A stretch of 64,000 nucleotides of DNA, from the NCBI GenBank assembly GCA_951406725.2, contig OX597830.1, forward strand, positions 40,672,001 to 40,736,000, in the 5' to 3' direction. The notes under the pieces were generated by a model. That model was not told the origin of the DNA and did no database searches. It saw only the letters and a program-made list of their open reading frames with translations. The stretch's first letter is position 1. The number at the start of each line of letters is the position of its first letter. Source of the DNA: Octopus vulgaris. Taxonomy: Eukaryota. The translations under genes and the position numbers were made by a program. Below are positions 52,660-64,000 of this stretch, in pieces.

Positions 52660-53122
52660 TGTATGTATGTATGTATGTATGTATGTATGTATGTATGTAC
52701 GGATGTATGTATGTACGTATGTATATATTCTGCCACTTAAAAGATTACTTTATATAGCATTAAGTAGTGTGAAACAAAAAGAAATGTTTCCTGCTGTTTT
52801 TTTTTTGTTGCTTTTTTGTTTTGTTTTGTTTTTTAAATAGTCGTCCTCAGGGACTACCAAATCTTTTCATTATAAAAACATTAAGAAGATTAAGATGATT
52901 CTATGTTGTGTTTTGGCAAGAGGATGGGCTGCTGAGAAACACACTTCTCACTGACTTGTTTATCATGGTATAAAACCCAGGAAAAATTACAGCCCTAACA
53001 ACAATGATAAGCCAATGAGAGAGCATCTACATGGCTGTCCATCCTGCTAGGCACAGCAGCCAAATCTCCGTCCAAATTATTTACAACCAAATTAATTATA
53101 CTCTGTGTTATCCCTGGACTAA

Positions 53123-53960
53123 ATCATCATCGTCGTTGTCATTGTTGTTTAACATCCACTTTCCATGCTGGCATGAGCTGGATGGTTTGACTGAGGGCTG
53201 GTAAGCCAGAAGGCTGCACCAGGCTCCAATCTGATCTGGCAAGGTTTCTACAGCTGGATGCCCTTCCTGATACCAACCACTCCAAGAGTGTCATGGGTGC
53301 TTTTTGTGTTCCACTTGTACAAGGGCTTGTCAGGCATTGACCACGCTCGAATGGTGCTTTTTATGTGCCGCCAGCACAAGACCAGTCAGGCAGTGCTGCT
53401 ATTGACCATGTTCATATGGTGCATTTTATTTGGCACCAGCATGGGAGCTAGTCCGGTGGGACTGGCATTGACCATGCTCGAATGGTGCTTTTTATGTGCC
53501 ACCGGCACGAGTGCCAGTCAGGCAGTTCTGGCATTGGCCACGACAATGATTTTACTTGACTCAACAGGTCTTCTCAAGTTTATTGCCCAATGATTGAAGA
53601 GTATTCTTAAATGGGTGGGTTATGCAATACTGGCATAGGCCACGGTTATGGTCACACTTGGCCTGCCAGGTCTTCGCAAGCACAGCATATCTCCAAAAGT
53701 CTCGGTCATTTGTCATTGCTTCCATGAGGCCCAACATTTAAAGGTTGTGCTTCACCACCTCATCCTAGATCTTCCTGGGTCTACCTCTTTCACAGGTTCC
53801 CTCCACTGTTAGAGTGTGACACTTTTTCACACAGCTGTCCTCATCCATATGTGACACATGACCATACCAGCATGGTCATATTTCTTTCACACCACATTTG
53901 ATGCTTCTTATGTCCAACTTTTCTCTCAGGACACTTACACTCTGTCGTGTATGCACTTTC
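53123..53960 (-). mobile_element. RTE LINE 3' end, same family as 33590-34357
   Basis: 53725-53810 matches the RTE arm sequence of the palindrome. The UTR repeats and (CAT)n tail are the same. Confidence 0.85.
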
Positions 53961-54609
53961 TCAAATTATTTGTCACTAACTTCCCTAGCATAAAGCCACC
54001 CTCTCAACCTCCTCCAAGGCTTGTCCTGCAATCTGCATCATGACCTCAATAATGCAGGTAGCACAAAAAAAAGTACCCAGTCCAAGTTGTAAAGAGGTTG
54101 GCATTAGGAGAGGCATCCAGTCATAAAAACTGGATGCCAAAGCAGACACTGAAGCTCAATACAGTTCTTGGATGCATCAGACCCTGTCAAACCATCCAAA
54201 CCATGCCATGAAACATGAAACATGGACATTAAATGACGATGATGATGATGATGATGATGATGACAATAGGGCTGGTGCTGCTGGTGGTGGTGGCGGCGGC
54301 AGTGGTGGTGGTGGTGGTGATGGTGATGAACTTACCAATATTTTATAAGTTCTTCTCTTTAAATCTCTTCTGGAGATTTACCAAAATTACTCTGTCAAAT
54401 AATGCATGGATCAAATGGAATCAGTTGAGGTAGATCTTCTATAGTTGGGTGTTCTTCCTGTCACCAACCCTTACTTGATTGTGAGATATTTCCCCTTCAC
54501 CTGATACATTGCCAAAGCAAATTGTAATTGTGTGATGACAATGTTTACAACTGTCATACCAAGTCAAGAGAAGAGGAGACACAAACTCACACACACCCAC
54601 ACATATACA

Positions 54610-54768
54610 TGTTGGGCTTCGTTCAGTTTCTCTCTGCCAAATCTACTCACATAGCTTTGGGCAGCCCAAGGCTATTGTAGAAGACACTTGTCTAAGGTGC
54701 CACACAATGGAACTGAATCCAAAACTGTGTGGTTGAGCAGTAGACTTCTCAACCACACAGCCATGCAG
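54610..54768 (-). mobile_element. SINE family A head (similar partial minus copies at about 3590-3735, 41755-41855 and 59800-59910)
   Basis: gtagaagacacttg..aaccacacagccatgc. Confidence 0.7.
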
Positions 54769-55236
54769 CTGTTAATAAAACCATGTCTAACCTTTTCTTC
54801 TTGTAATTTTGATCACCATATGGAATTAAAATTGATGAGTGAACTTGAGACAACTCTAAGAGAAAAATTTAATTCAATTTCATTCTGCAAGTTTGCTGGT
54901 GTATGAATTATCAAGATGAATTATCTGTGAATTTATGGCGGTACTTGTGGAGATAAAATTATAATAATGAATCTCTGTCAGTTTTGATGATGGGTGTTCC
55001 TACTTCTCAATCAATGGAAGAATTGTTTTCTTTTGTTTTTGCATTGAATTAACTGGTAAGTGACTTAGAATTCCACAAACTGTTGGGAGGAAAGGAAGAA
55101 TTTATTCTCAGACCAGATGCCTGCTCTACCAACTGCTTGCAACAGATTTCAAATCCTGTGATTTTGTTCACTCTCTAGCAATCCCCATATGGTATATATA
55201 TCTGTAATATAATATGTGACAATTATTCATTTGCTA

Positions 55237-55299
55237 TAATAAAACTCTGAGTGTCAGTTGTCGGGGTAGAAATCTACTCTGGTATCTCATCAGTTATTA
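55237..55299 (-). ncRNA. Hammerhead motif (family H2), inverted twin with GAAA mutated to GACA
   Basis: Reverse complement of the left palindrome arm: taataa-ctgatga-gatacc...caact-gaca-ctcagag-tt-ttatta. Confidence 0.55.
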
Positions 55300-55359
55300 A
55301 GACAATAAAAAAATCCTATGAAAATGACCGATCGTTTTCATAGGATTTTTTGATTGTCT

Positions 55360-55422
55360 TAATAACTGATGAGATACCAGAGTAGATTTTTACCCCGGCA
55401 ACTGAAACTCAGAGTTTTATTA
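55360..55422 (+). ncRNA. Hammerhead ribozyme motif (family H2)
   Basis: UAAUAA-CUGAUGA-[31-nt imperfect stem II]-GAAA-CUC(A)GAG-UU-UUAUUA. It has a perfect 6-bp stem I, a canonical core and a quasi-palindromic stem III. Confidence 0.7.
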
Positions 55423-56998
55423 TGGCAAATGAATAATTGTTACATATTATATATACAGATAAATTCCTCTATTTACATAATATCTAGGTCTCACTCATTC
55501 TTTTGTTGTCATACCATTACTATTAAAATATATATATATATATATATATATTAAGGCAGTGCTCCAACATGGCCACAGTCAAATGACTGAAACAAGTAAA
55601 AGAATAAAAGAACAACGAAAGGCAGTGTCAACCACGGCAGGATCTGAACCCAAGATGTTGCAGAGAGCTGAAGCAAATATTGTAAGGCCTTGATTCTGAT
55701 TCTGATTCACCGCTTTCCCAACCAACCCTGTCAATTTGCCTCCTCAGTTTTACAAATATTAAAAATGAGAAATGGAAAATGTTTGTTGGGAAGTAAACAG
55801 AGAAATCACAGTAGGCAACTACATGTTTATTTACTAATTTTTATTTTAAAGCAGGAACCATTCTCAATAGCCAAAGTCTGTTCTATGGAGAGGATTGTCA
55901 TATTTTAATAGCTACATAATTTTTACCTTAATTTACTAATGACAACAATTGGATTATGATTGCAGTTGTTTGCTCTATCACATCAACAGTTTTTGGTGTA
56001 CATTCCATTTGAAAATTTTCCAATTAATTCCGTTTATTAATGAATTATATTATATTATTATATTGATTTGTGGGGGGATCATACAGCTTGCATGTCGACA
56101 AAAAGAAGCATGTATAATTAAGGGAGCTGATGCTTTTAACATCTGTGTATTCTCCATGTTTACCTGCACGCATCGCACCCCCTTTCCCCACCCCCCACCC
56201 ACCCCCACTGCAAACTCCTCTTACACTTCAATATTTATTCCATTCCAGCGCTGTTTTCTGGTTTTTCCACACCATTTATTTAAATTCACCGCCACCACCA
56301 CTGCCACCACCCCTACCACTACCTACTCTACCATCACCATCACCACCACCCGTAGTTAATGCCACAGTTTTTCAGTTAGACTAATGGGATTTTATCTGTT
56401 TTCTGTTTCTCAAAACCTATGTAAATCTTCAGTAAATAACATCGTTAATTATATATCATTGTTAACAAATAAAAAAAAAATTTTTTAAATATAGAAAAAT
56501 ATACGAAAAACATTAATCTTCCTTTCATTCTTTCTTTTCTTCCATCAATTATATTATTTTATTACTAAGCTATAATTTACTCCTAGTCTGATTGCTATTT
56601 GATATAAATTTCTGAATTGAGGTTTGTTTTGTTTTGCTAGTTTAATATTTGTTGTGTTTTTTTTTTACTGTCATTATTTTGTATTATTTTATTGGTGCTT
56701 CTCTAAACTGATAACAATATTCCAGCACTTCTTAGAATATATATTTATCAGAAGTCACACCTGTTTATTTATCAGAAGCCACAAATAGCAAAATATGAAT
56801 TTTCATCTGTTGATATTGATAAAAATACCTGAGATTCTCTGATTTATTTTCATACTTTGTCAAAATTGCTTTTCAAGAGTTTGCCAATTGTTATCTAATT
56901 CTTTTCAAAGCTTTTGTTTTTACCATATTTATTTGTATTGTTGCAGTAAATTTTGATAATTGTTTTTATACAAAAATTTTCCTTCTTTATCTGCTTAC

Positions 56999-57030
56999 CC
57001 ATCCATTCGCCTGCGCAGCCACTCATCTTC
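56999..57030 (-). CDS. Candidate 32-nt exon (EDEWLRRRMDG in frame 0)
   Basis: The minus strand reads ccctctctccattcatccctctctccttcaag|GAAGATGAGTGGCTGCGCAGGCGAATGGATGG|gtaagc. It has a pyrimidine tract, an AAG acceptor (less common) and a good donor, and it is GC/CpG-rich relative to its AT-rich flank. Confidence 0.3.
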
Positions 57031-57107
57031 CTTGAAGGAGAGAGGGATGAATGGAGAGAGGGTATAGGTGACTTAGCTGGATGAAATGCTCTACGATATT
57101 TATTCTA

Positions 57108-58237
57108 CAGGGTGTTCCTAAAATCTGGACACATAATCAAAATGTATATTTTCAAGAAATACACATAAACTTTTCAACATTTTCTTCACTTGGAATATTT
57201 TTTTTTTATTTATGCGCCCTTTTCAAGCCTAGCCAGGCCCGATTTCCCGGTTTCTGTGGCGTATGTGTTCCCCCCAGCTGGATGAGATGCCAGTCCATCA
57301 CAGCATTACTCTAGAAACAGGAAGAGAGAGTGAGAGAAAGTTGGGGCGAAAGAGTACAACAGGAGTTGCCACCACCCCCTGCAGGAGCCTCATGGAGCTT
57401 TAGGTGTTTTCACTCAATAAACACACACAATGCCCGGTCTGGGAATCAAAACTGCGATCCTCCGACCATGAGTCTGCTGCCCTAACCACTGGGACATTGC
57501 ACCTCCACTTGTGCCCTTTTAAAGCCTAGCTAGGCTCATGGACCCAGATTCCCAGTTTCAATGGTGTATGTGTTCCCCAGCTGGACAGGACGCCAACCCA
57601 TCGCAGCGTTACTCCTTTTTGCCAGCTGAGTGAACTGGAGCAACGTGAAATGAAGTGTTTTGCTCAAGAACACAACGCATCACCCGGTTTAGGAACTGAA
57701 ACCACAATCTTACGATCATGATGCTGACACCCCAACCACTAAGCCACGTGCCTCCACCACTTGGAATATTATCAAATAATATCATTATGATTTCCACCAT
57801 TTGTGATGCAATGGTCAATGTGCTTTGCAAGATTTATGTGAACTCAATGCAATAACCCCACACTGGCCTCAATTTGAGCACATTCACTCTTTATGCATTC
57901 CCTCAAATGTGTTGCATCTGTGATTTTCATTGAGAACACATTCTCCTTTAGCAGACCCCAGAAAAAGAAGTCAACGGGGCTATAGTCTGGTGAATGAGGA
58001 GACCGCTCCATATGACCACTTCTTCCAATCCAGTTAGGGAAATTGTCATTCAGCCAATCTCTTACCGCCATGGCAAAATGGGCAGGAGGCACCATCCTGT
58101 TGGAACCACTTGGGAAATCCTTCACCTGGCCTTTCAAGTTATGGCATTACCTGGTCTTTCAACATTGTGAGGTAAGTCTCATTAGTTACCTGGTCAGCAA
58201 GATTTCCTTTGTGTTCAAACTTTAAGAACACACCCTG
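57108..58237 (-). mobile_element. Internally deleted Tc1/mariner element with a transposase C-terminal remnant
   Basis: TA|cagggtgttcctaaaatctggacac ... gtgttcaaactttaagaacacaccctg|TA. The minus ORF 57844-58137 reads VRDWLNDNFPNWIGR..SPHSPDYSPVDFFFWGLLK. Confidence 0.85.
57200..57757 (-). mobile_element. Composite tRNA-derived SINE with two heads, inserted in the Tc1 element, 13-bp TSD
   Basis: The TSD cacttggaatatt is at 57187-57199 and 57758-57770. A/B-box heads start at about 57757 and 57508, and there is an A-rich tail. Confidence 0.8.
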
Positions 58238-58271
58238 TAGTTAAGGTTGCCAGCAGGTAGAATTGTTAGTG

Positions 58272-58474
58272 GCACAGGCATGGCTGTGTGGTAAGAAGCT
58301 TGCTTTCCAACCACATGATTCTAGGTTCAGTCCCACTGTGTGGCACCTTGGGCAAGTGTCTTCTACTATAGCTTTAAACCAAGCAAAGCCTTGTGAGTGG
58401 ATTTGGTAGACAGAAACTGAAAGAAGCCTGTCATACACACACACATATATATATAGTAGCGTATGTACACTTTG

Positions 58475-58553
<79 letters not shown>

Positions 58554-58768
58554 TATGTATATATTTGTGTCTCTGTGTTTGTCCCCTCCCACCATAACTT
58601 GACAAACAATGTTGGTGTGTTTATGTCCCTGTAACTTAGCAGTTCAACAAAAGTGGTGGATAGAATAAGGACTAGGCTTACAAAGAATAAGCCCTGGGAT
58701 CGATTTATTCAACTAAAAGGCAGTGCTCCAGCATGGCTGCAGTCAAATGACTGAAACAAGAAAAAGAA
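58272..58768 (+). mobile_element. SINE family A, full length
   Basis: Family motifs. Confidence 0.85.
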
Positions 58769-59733
58769 TGCCAGCCAAAAAGCATAGCAGCACTTCATCC
58801 TTCTTTATGTTCTGAGTTCAAATTCCTCCGAGATCGACTTTGCCTTTTGTTGTGATAACAGACATTAACACCTCTGTGTGATTACAAGATGGACTTGTCA
58901 AGTTCTTATAAAGTGTAACGTATCTCGTTAAGGTAGAAGGAAGGCATTGGAATCTCACATGTTGATAGGTGGAAGTTATGTCTGTGGATACATTGCTTTC
59001 GTCCCACTTTGTTACAATCATATATCTGCAACTAAGGATATAAAAATTTTAATCCTTTTAGGGTCAATGAAATAAGTACTAATTGAGCTCTGGGGGTCAA
59101 TGCAGTCAAATTGACCCCTTCCCTGAAATTACTGGCCTCGCACCAAAATTTGAAATCAAATTTTATTCTAGGTAAAGCGGCAAGTAAGAAATCTGTAGAG
59201 AATGGTTAATTTGATACAACTGACGCTGGTGGTAAATAATACAAGAGCGAATTAGTATGAGAGATATACAGAGTGTGGATAAGCTGACATGGAGAGAATT
59301 AAAGCATGGGATGGAAGTGAGAGTGAATAACTGGATGGGACTGATGATGATGATGATGATGATGATTAACACAGAGGAGCATAAAGACAAAAGGTATAGC
59401 AATGCAGGTATCTTGACACAGAAGATATTAAGTAATCAATAATACAAGGAAGAGTCAGAGCAAACTATACACAGACTGTGGATAGACCATCATCATCATC
59501 ATCATCATCATCATTTAACATCCAGTTTTCCATGCTTGCATGGATGGAATTTGTTGAGGTGGGTTTTCTATGGCTGGATGCCGTTCTTGTTGCCAACCCT
59601 CAATTCCTGTTTCTAAGCAAGGTAATATTTCCCCATGGCCAGACATATTCTTCACAGAAGACTGAAAACGAACAAACTCGCTTATGTGACGGTGATCCTC
59701 ATTTACGATCATCATGTGATTGTCAAGACAAGG

Positions 59734-59797
<64 letters not shown>

Positions 59798-60120
59798 TCA
59801 TTATGGGCTTTTTTTCAGTTTCTGTCCATCAAATCAACTCACAAAGCTTTGGGTTGGTCCATGTCTATAGTGGAAGACACTTGCCCAAAGTGCCATGTAG
59901 TGAGACTGAAAGTTCTGGTAAATGATCTAAGAAAAAGTAGGTCAACTAATTTTTAAAATTTCAATTAATTAATTAATTAATTAAAATTTCAGAATTATTT
60001 CTATTGATTTTGTTGTCCAGAATTAATTATTAAGCTAATGACTTTATTACATTGCCAGGGACGTAATTTAATTAATTAACATCTATTGGTTCACTACATT
60101 AACTATGTTATCACTGATAT

Positions 60121-60530
60121 TATCATCATCATTATCATCATTGGCGTTTAGCATTTGTTTTCCATGCTAGCATGGGTTGGACAATTTGACTGGAGACTGG
60201 CAAGCCAGGAGGCTGCATCAGGCCCCAATCTGATCTGGCAAGGTTTCTACAGCTGCATGCCCTTCCTAATGCCAACCACTCTGAGAGTGTAGTGAATGCT
60301 TTTTATGAGCCACCAGTATGGGGCCAGTCAGACGGCACTGGCATTAACTACACTCGAATGGTGCTTTTTATGTGCCACTGGCACAGGAGCCAGTCAGGCA
60401 GTACTGGCTTCAACTATGCTCAAATGGTGCTTTTTATATGCCACCAGTACAAGTACCAGTCAGGCAACACTGGCATCGGCTACACTTGAATGGTGCTTTT
60501 TACATATCACTGGCACAAGTGCCAGTCAGG
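60121..60530 (-). mobile_element. RTE-3'UTR-type element
   Basis: Same motifs, with four roughly 55-bp units of the form gaatggtgctttttatgtgccactggcac. Confidence 0.8.
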
Positions 60531-60539
60531 TGATACAAT

Positions 60540-60752
60540 TGTTAGCATGCCAGGCGAAATGCTTAGCCGTACTTCGTCTGCCGTTACGTTCTGAGTTCAA
60601 ATTCCGCCAAGGTCGACTTTGCCTTTCATCCTTTCGGGGTCGATTAAATAAGTACCAGTTACGCACTGGGGTCGATATAATCGACTTAATCCATTTGTCT
60701 GTCCTTGTTTGTCCCCTCTGTGTTTAGCCCTTTGTGGGTAGTAAAGAAATAG
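60540..60752 (+). mobile_element. SINE family B, young CpG-rich variant with a different 3' end
   Basis: gttctgagttcaaattccgccaaggtcgactttgcctttcatcctttcggggtcgatt. Confidence 0.8.
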
Positions 60753-60789
60753 GTACTGGCATTGGCTGGGTAAATTAATGGTAGTTGTC

Positions 60790-61060
60790 CATTGTGTTGT
60801 GACAAAAAGGAGAGAAAAAACCATGGACAGCTTCCAGTTCATGTGTTTAAGGAAAATATACAATATCAAGTGTTTGCAAAGAGTCAGAAGTGACACAGTT
60901 GAGACGGCAACAGGCATCGACAGGATCAGTGATGAAATAAGATGCAGATGCTGGATCTGGATTGGACATGTTCCCGGACAAAATCAAGAAAGTGATTGTA
61001 AGGTAGCACTAAAGTGACAGACCAAGGGGTAAAGAGCAGTGGGGTGCCTTAGAACCACAC
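60790..61060 (+). pseudogene. RTE LINE C-terminal fragment
   Basis: MDSFQFMCLRKIYNIK..IRCRCWIWIGHV..KVALK. Confidence 0.7.
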
Positions 61061-61149
61061 AGCAAAGGGCCACTAACAATTCAAGAAGTGAATTGAATAT
61101 ATTTGGTATTTGTGTTGTTGTGTGCTGATTGAATTCCTGCAGAATTTCT

Positions 61150-61582
61150 GGCAGGTGTGATAAGTTTGCTTCCCAACCACCTGGTTCTAGGATCAGTCCC
61201 ACTATGTGTTATCTTGGGCAAATGTTTTCTACTATAGCCTCTGGTCAACCAAAGTCTTGTGAGTGGATTTGGTAGAAGGAAACTGGAAGAAGCCCATTGT
61301 GTGTGTGTGTATGTGTGTGTGCATGTGCACATGTGTCTTTGTGTTTATAACCCACTACTGCTTGCAACTGGTGCTGTAAGAGGTGAAGAAACCAACTTGT
61401 TTCAGTCATGTGACTGCGGCCATGCTGGAGCACCACCTTTAGTTGAGCAAATTGACCCCAGGACTTATTCTTTGTAAGTCTAGTACATATTCTATCGGTC
61501 TCTTTTGCTGAACTGCTAAGTTACAGGGACATAAACACACTAGCATCAGTTGTCAAGCAATGTTGGGGAGACAAACACACAC

Positions 61583-61627
<45 letters not shown>

Positions 61628-61800
61628 TACATATATACAACAGGCTTCTTTCAGTTTCCGTCTACCAAATCCACTCACAATGCTTTGGTCAGCCCGAGGC
61701 TATAGTAGAAGACACTCGCCCAAGGTGCCACGCAGTGGGACTGAACCCAGAACCATGTGGTTGGTAAGCAAGTTACTTACCACACAGCCATTCCTGTGCC
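61150..61800. mobile_element. Inverted pair of SINE family A (61150-61375 +, 61395-61800 -)
   Basis: Family motifs in opposite orientations. Confidence 0.8.
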
Positions 61801-62904
61801 TATATGTGAGTAAATTGGTGAAGTCTGAGAGAGAAGTCCCAGAATAACGGAAACAGATGGAGAAAAATAAGTATTGCAGAAAAGTGAATCACAAATCAGG
61901 GTCGCAAAAACTGATGTTTAACCTTCATAACAGAAGCAGGCTTGTTGCTGCTGTTGCTGCTGCTGCTGCGGAAGATGATGGCAATAACAATAATTTTTTT
62001 TTTATTTCTTTTATTAAAAAAAAATTTTTAACAATAATAATACAGTGAAAGAGAGGCAAGGTGGTGATGGAAGTTATGATGATGGTGGTGATGGTGGTGA
62101 TGATGATGATGATAGCAAGGATGACGACGATGATGATGATGATGATGAGCATAAGGAAATAAAGAAAAGAAAATATATGATGCTGTTCAGAAATTAATGA
62201 AATAAGAAGAGGATGATGCTGATCATAATACTGCTGGTGGTGGTGGTGGTGGTGGTGGTGGTGGTGCTGGCAATTAGGTGAAGATGGGGTGAAAAGGCAG
62301 GTGAAGAAAGATTCTTTTTCCTTATATCAATTTATTTATCCCATACTTAGCGGGGCAAATGAATAGAAAAGGTGGAGAAAAAAAAACCTATCTGGGCATA
62401 AGATAAACTGAAAAGTGGTAAACCATTCAAATATGCTGACAACAACAACGGTGGTGGTGGTGGTGATGGCAGTGATGATCATGATCATGACAGTAGCAAT
62501 GGTGAGCAAAGTGATGATGATGATGATGATGATTATGGTGATCCTTATGACAATGATGATGATGACAATGGTGGTGGTGGTGGTGGTGATAACTATGATG
62601 ATGATGATGACTATGATGATGATCATGATGATGGTGATCGTGGTGATCATTATTATGATGACAACAACAAGGGGAGGTGGTGGTAATGGTGGTGGTAATG
62701 GTGGTGGTGGTGGTGGTGGTGGTAATGGTGGGGGTGGGGGTGGGGGTGGTAATTTATTTCCTGTTTTTTTTTCTTTTTTTATATGATATTCCATGATTAG
62801 TATAACAAGTGCTATTCAATAAGGAACACCACCAGCAGCTACGAGTAATTGCTTAACAGCAAAGAAGCTATCAGGAAGACGCACACACTGATGCAGATGA
62901 TGCA

Positions 62905-62941
<37 letters not shown>

Positions 62942-63546
62942 GTAATGATGAGGGCAACAGATAAAAGAAGAGCAGAAGGAGCAAGAGATGATGGTGACAC
63001 AAAGACACGAAGAAAATTCAGTGTCAACAAGAACAACCACAACAACAAAAACAAACTGATTCCTCACACATATATTTTACAATTTCCCGTTTTGCTTATA
63101 ATTTGTATACAAATGGTATGAAAACCATTTTCATAATAATGCGTTTATATTTTTCTTATATCGTATTATCATTATCATTGCTGTTGTTGTTGCTATTGCT
63201 GTTGTTAATTTTTTATATCTTCAATGTTCTGGATAGGAAATAGCCTTTGTAACATATCATGTCACATACATACTCAGACACACACACACACACACATGCA
63301 TACACACACATGCATACACACACAATCTTGCAACCACACACAAATTCATAAATATATATTATTTTTTAATTATATATATATATATATACACACACACACA
63401 TATGCACAACTATCATCATTATCATCATCATCGTTTAATTATCATCTGCCTTCCATGCTGGCATGACACATGCACACACACATACATACACACACATCTA
63501 GATACATTCTATATATATCCTCTTTATAATAATAATAATAACAATA

Positions 63547-63593
<47 letters not shown>

Positions 63594-63594
63594 A

Positions 63595-63809
63595 AAAGGC
63601 AGGGAGCTGACAGAATCGTTAGCATGCTGGATGAAATGCTTGCTGGTATTTTGTCTGCAACTATGTTCTGAGTTCAAATTCTGCTGGGGTTGACTTTGTC
63701 TTTCATTCTTTCAGGGTCATTAAAATGAGTACTAGTTGAGCACTGGGGCCGATGTAATCGACTGGCTCCCTTCCCCATAATTTCAGGCCTTATGCCTATA
63801 GCAGAAAGG

Positions 63810-63850
<41 letters not shown>

Positions 63851-63861
63851 CATTATTATTA

Positions 63862-63952
<91 letters not shown>

Positions 63953-64000
63953 TATTATTATTATCAAGGGCAGGTGAGCTGGCAGAAACATTAGCACATG
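63595..64000 (+). mobile_element. SINE family B in (ATT)n; a second copy begins at about 63966
   Basis: Family motifs with a long (ATT)n tail. Confidence 0.8.

Larger units (their letters stand above)
55199..55461. repeat. Near-perfect inverted repeat with arms of about 130 bp (head-to-head H2 element)
   Basis: The arms are reverse complements with scattered mismatches around a 4-nt loop (ccga, 55328-55331). Confidence 0.9.

Noticed and set aside
62715-62750. G-quadruplex-capable GGGGGT runs
   Set aside because: They derive from a (GGT)n microsatellite, with no evidence of function.
1-64000. The many ORFs rich in HT, CV, YI, poly-I, poly-M and poly-L
   Set aside because: They are translations of (CA)n, (TA)n, (TAA)n, (GAT)n and (CT)n repeats with no domain signal.

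Overview
This is eukaryotic, AT-rich, extremely microsatellite-dense DNA with no intact long gene. The SINE repertoire and simple-repeat load look like an Octopus (coleoid cephalopod) genome; that is pattern recognition, not a database result. Almost all supplied ORFs are translations of simple repeats. The window reads as intronic sequence of a large minus-strand gene. The support is one convincing 18-nt microexon (27296-27313), one weaker 32-nt exon candidate (56999-57030) and a candidate recursive splice site (21884/21885). The rest is a layered fossil record of mobile DNA: tRNA-head SINEs, RTE and R4/Dong-like LINE fragments, a Gypsy RT relic, Tc1/mariner, piggyBac-like MITEs and Helitron/Helentron-like elements. 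The most striking unannotated signal is about five distinct families of short elements carrying minimal hammerhead-ribozyme motifs of the Penelope-like type. Several sit as head-to-head palindromes with one ribozyme on each strand, and one such palindrome is bounded by a 12-bp target-site duplication. Fold-back palindromes also occur at the 5' ends of unrelated LINE fragments. Repeat boundaries were read by eye and are approximate unless stated otherwise.
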